Positions 48,623 through 51,451 of a stretch of 51,451 nt of DNA are shown here, piece by piece. The translations under genes and the position numbers were made by a program. The stretch spans positions 1 through 51,451 of the forward strand of contig JBBRNJ010000064.1 in the NCBI GenBank assembly GCA_038230375.1, given 5' to 3'. Below the pieces are notes generated by a model, which was not told the origin of the DNA, made no database searches, and saw nothing but the letters and a program-made list of their open reading frames with translations. Numbering within the stretch: position 1 is the stretch's first letter; every line of letters begins with the position of its first letter. This DNA comes from Polyangiales bacterium. GTDB taxonomy: Bacteria; Myxococcota_A; Polyangia; Polyangiales; Polyangiaceae.

Positions 48623-49447
48623 GCCCTTCGCGTCGCCGCAGCACCGCACGCCCACCTGCGCGCCCTCGTACACCTCGCCGTGGCCGATGGTGCGCGCGCG
48701 GCACGTGTTCTTTCCGGGCAGCCACCATGCGCCCTTCATGGAGCTGCGTTGCGGAGCCGCGCCCTGGTCCTGCGTGACCCACTCCTCCACGTTGCCGCTC
48801 ATGTTGTGCACGCCGAAGGGCGATAGGCACTGCGGGTGCGCGGAGAGCGGCGCGCGATTGTCGCGCAGCCCCGCGTTCGGCTTTCCCAGGTCCATGCGGT
48901 CGATGTTGCAGAGCGTGGAGTCGCCGCGCTTGAATCCATACGGATAGGGGCGCATCTCATCGCCCTCGCATGCGAACTGCCACTCGCTCTCCAGGCAGAG
49001 GCGCTTGCCTTGTGCCGTGCAAATCGCGCCCGCGCTGGTCCACGACTGGTGCGCGAGCGGGAGCGTGTCGCCTTCCTTCTGGTACTCCTCGCGATCGATG
49101 CAAAACTTCTTGTCTGCGCGGGCACCGTTGCAGGTCGCGGGCTCCTTGTACTGTGCGCATCGATAGTCGTGGTACGGGCTATCCGCCGGGTCCATCCACT
49201 TCAGACAGACGTGCACGGGGTTGGGGCAGTAGCTGCCGGAGACCAAGATCATGTCGGCGGGACAGGCCCCGCTCACGCGAGCCGCATCCGCGCCGCCACC
49301 GTCACCAGCGGCCGATGCGTCCACGTCGGAGGGCGCAATCTTGGTCGTGGCGCTGGCGTCCGTGGGCGGCGGCTCCTTCGTGTGGCAAGCCACAGCTAGA
49401 AAGAGTACCGACGACACAACGAGCACACGAGATGGTCCCACCCGCAT
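48602..49447 (-). CDS. FGE-sulfatase (SUMF1/EgtB/PvdO) domain lipoprotein
   Basis: FCIDREE, C..QGKRLC.ESEWQFACEG, SPFGVHNMSGNVEEW, GVRCC. Confidence 0.88.
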   Translation of the reverse strand: MRVGPSRVLVVSSVLFLAVACHTKEPPPTDASATTKIAPSDVDASAAGDGGGADAARVSGACPADMILVSGSYCPNPVHVCLKWMDPADSPYHDYRCAQYKEPATCNGARADKKFCIDREEYQKEGDTLPLAHQSWTSAGAICTAQGKRLCLESEWQFACEGDEMRPYPYGFKRGDSTLCNIDRMDLGKPNAGLRDNRAPLSAHPQCLSPFGVHNMSGNVEEWVTQDQGAAPQRSSMKGAWWLPGKNTCRARTIGHGEVYEGAQVGVRCCGDAKGSASESH

Positions 49448-49534
49448 GTCTTAAGCGTGGACCATCGCCCGCGCGAGCGCCAACTTCCCCGCAGCGGAGG
49501 CCGCGAGATACGGGGAATTTGCAGCTATTGCTCT

Positions 49535-51451
49535 CTAGAGTGAGGAGGCGAACTCGCGCCCCAGCTCCAGAGGGAACGGGCGATCCTTCGGATCCCGCGC
49601 AGTAGCCGCACGGAGCAACTTCGCGATCGCCGCAGGAAACGGCTTCAGGAGCGCCACGTCCTCGAACGGGTCACGACGCATGTGGGCCATGATGCGGTCG
49701 CGCGGGTTCTCGATCTCGTCGAAGAACGCGCGGCCCGTGGTCACGTTGTAGATGGTGCCCGCGAGCGCGTACACGTCCGCGCGCGGATCGAGCTCGATCG
49801 GATCGAGCACCTGCTCCGGGGCAATGTAGCCCGCAGTGCCAGCGACGAAGCGGCCCGCGGCGTCCGGTGGAACGCGGATGGCGCGCACCATGCCGAAGTC
49901 GATGACCACCGTGTTGAGCGGCTGCGCACGCGCTGGGTCGCGATGCTTCTCTGGGTCGAAGCGCTCACCGCCCGCCAGCGGCAGACGCAGCCAGATGTTC
50001 GCGGGCTTGATGTCGCGGTGGACCAGGCCCGCGCCATGAAGCGCAGCAAGGCCCGCGCAGGACTCGCTCACGACGTGGCGGAGCTCGAAGAGGCTCATGT
50101 GCTTCGCGCTCGCGTACTGCTTCAGGTCTGCGCCGATCAGGTACTCGAGCACGAGGAACGGGACGCCCTGCGATACGCCACGATCGATGATGTTGGCGAC
50201 GTTGGGGTGATAGAGGCCGGCGAGCGCGCGCGCCTCCTCTACGAACGAGGCAAGGATGCCCTCGCGCTCGAAGTCGGTCGCGCTGGCGAGCGCGTCGGCC
50301 TTGGGGATCTTGAGGACGAAGAAGCGATCCGCGCCGGGCTTGCGCACGAGCCACACGGAGCCGATGCCACCCTCACCGAGCGCCTTCACCAGCTCGTAGC
50401 CCTCGACCACCTTCGGCTCGTTCTTCTTCGGCTTGGGCGGCGGCGGCGGTGTGCGACGAATGGCAGCCGAGATCGCCCCTTCGAGCAGCTGCGAAGTGAT
50501 GGGTCCGAGCGAGGCGAACCACACATCCAGGAGCGAGAGCTCGCGCGCTCGGATCGCACGCGCGACCAGGGCTGCGACGCGCGGCGCGTTGTCGATGGTG
50601 CTCTTGGTGAGCCAGTCATCGCCGCTCTCGTCGCCGGCGGGGTGCAGCGCCTTCACAGGATTGGCGAGCGCGCCCTGAAGGCGATTCGCCGCGGCCACGA
50701 GGCCGACGCAAAGCACGTCGAGGCCCTGCTTCGGACCGGCCGCCACCTTGAACGCGTCCAGCGAGCGCGCAAGACCACCGAGCGCGACGGCGAGCTCCGT
50801 GTCCTCTGCATGGAGCGACACCAGCGCTTCCGCCGCGGCATGTCCCCACACGCCGTCCGCCTGCCCCGTGGACACGGTCGTGCGCAACACCTCCGCGCGA
50901 TCGCAACACGACGCGAGCGCTTCCGGCGCCATCATCGGGAGCGCCGTGCCGAGCTGCGTGAGCATGGCCGGACGATCGATGACGAGCGCCCACCACGCGG
51001 CGAATGGACCAAGCCATCGAACGTCGTCGACCTCGCCGAGCGACGTGCCGCGCGTGGTGTCAACGAGGCGCCAGAAGAGCGAGGAGAGCGCGTTCTTCAG
51101 CGCCGTGGGCAGCTCCCGGGAGCCGTCTGCCAGGCCGTGGATCTTGCGGAGCCACAGACACGTGTCGTGCGCAGTGGGGCCGCGTCCGGGGCCCAGGCTG
51201 TCGTCCTCACCGCACGCATCGAGCGCGTAGCCGCCAAGACGGATCGCCAGCACCTCGAGGGGAAGACCGGGCGCAAGGTCGGCGTCCACGGTGGGACGAG
51301 ACTCCTTCACGAGGTCCAGGATCTCCGACGGCGCGCGCGCGAGGGACTTCCAGGTCTCCTCGAGATCGGGCTCGTCGATGGGCTCGCCCGCGGGACGCGT
51401 GAGGAGCAGCGGGCTCCAGAGACGCAAGGCGAACGCGCGCGCAGAGGCCTC
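49535..51451 (-). CDS. Hanks-type Ser/Thr protein kinase with the kinase domain at the C-terminus (5' partial)
   Basis: LGEGGIGSVW, VLK, HRDIKPAN, DFG, YIAPE, DVYAL; frame open to the window edge. Confidence 0.92.
   Translation of the reverse strand, partial: EASARAFALRLWSPLLLTRPAGEPIDEPDLEETWKSLARAPSEILDLVKESRPTVDADLAPGLPLEVLAIRLGGYALDACGEDDSLGPGRGPTAHDTCLWLRKIHGLADGSRELPTALKNALSSLFWRLVDTTRGTSLGEVDDVRWLGPFAAWWALVIDRPAMLTQLGTALPMMAPEALASCCDRAEVLRTTVSTGQADGVWGHAAAEALVSLHAEDTELAVALGGLARSLDAFKVAAGPKQGLDVLCVGLVAAANRLQGALANPVKALHPAGDESGDDWLTKSTIDNAPRVAALVARAIRARELSLLDVWFASLGPITSQLLEGAISAAIRRTPPPPPKPKKNEPKVVEGYELVKALGEGGIGSVWLVRKPGADRFFVLKIPKADALASATDFEREGILASFVEEARALAGLYHPNVANIIDRGVSQGVPFLVLEYLIGADLKQYASAKHMSLFELRHVVSESCAGLAALHGAGLVHRDIKPANIWLRLPLAGGERFDPEKHRDPARAQPLNTVVIDFGMVRAIRVPPDAAGRFVAGTAGYIAPEQVLDPIELDPRADVYALAGTIYNVTTGRAFFDEIENPRDRIMAHMRRDPFEDVALLKPFPAAIAKLLRAATARDPKDRPFPLELGREFASSL

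Overview
High-GC window that reads as core chromosome of a myxobacterium. The gene content suggests Polyangiaceae/Labilithrix-like affinity (inference): many Cys-rich lipoproteins, vWA, FGE-sulfatase and carboxypeptidase-regulatory/PDZ proteins, and a Ser/Thr kinase. Recognisable genes are ohrR with an internally deleted ohr, sdhCAB, a divergent folE-like gene with an SDR and a Rieske ferredoxin, mlaE, cysS, an alkylglycerol-monooxygenase-like desaturase, a SET-domain protein, an RCK-domain channel, dnaA with two perfect upstream DnaA boxes, miaE, tRNA-Ser(GGA), sodB, an ABC-F ATPase and an NrtR-like Nudix protein. I saw no transposase, integrase or CRISPR array. The best leads are: (1) a small Pro-rich lipoprotein with repeated H-x-N-A motifs, tightly coupled to a ferritin-like diiron enzyme (candidate multi-core post-translational modification system); (2) a DUF455 diiron plus ATP-grasp gene pair after tRNA-Ser; (3) a ~130-nt nested hairpin that sequesters the SD of a gene at the left edge; (4) tandem duplications anchored on stop codons between convergent genes, including dnaA; (5) a K+-channel-like protein lacking the GYG filter. 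All family calls come from motif recognition by eye; no database searches were run.
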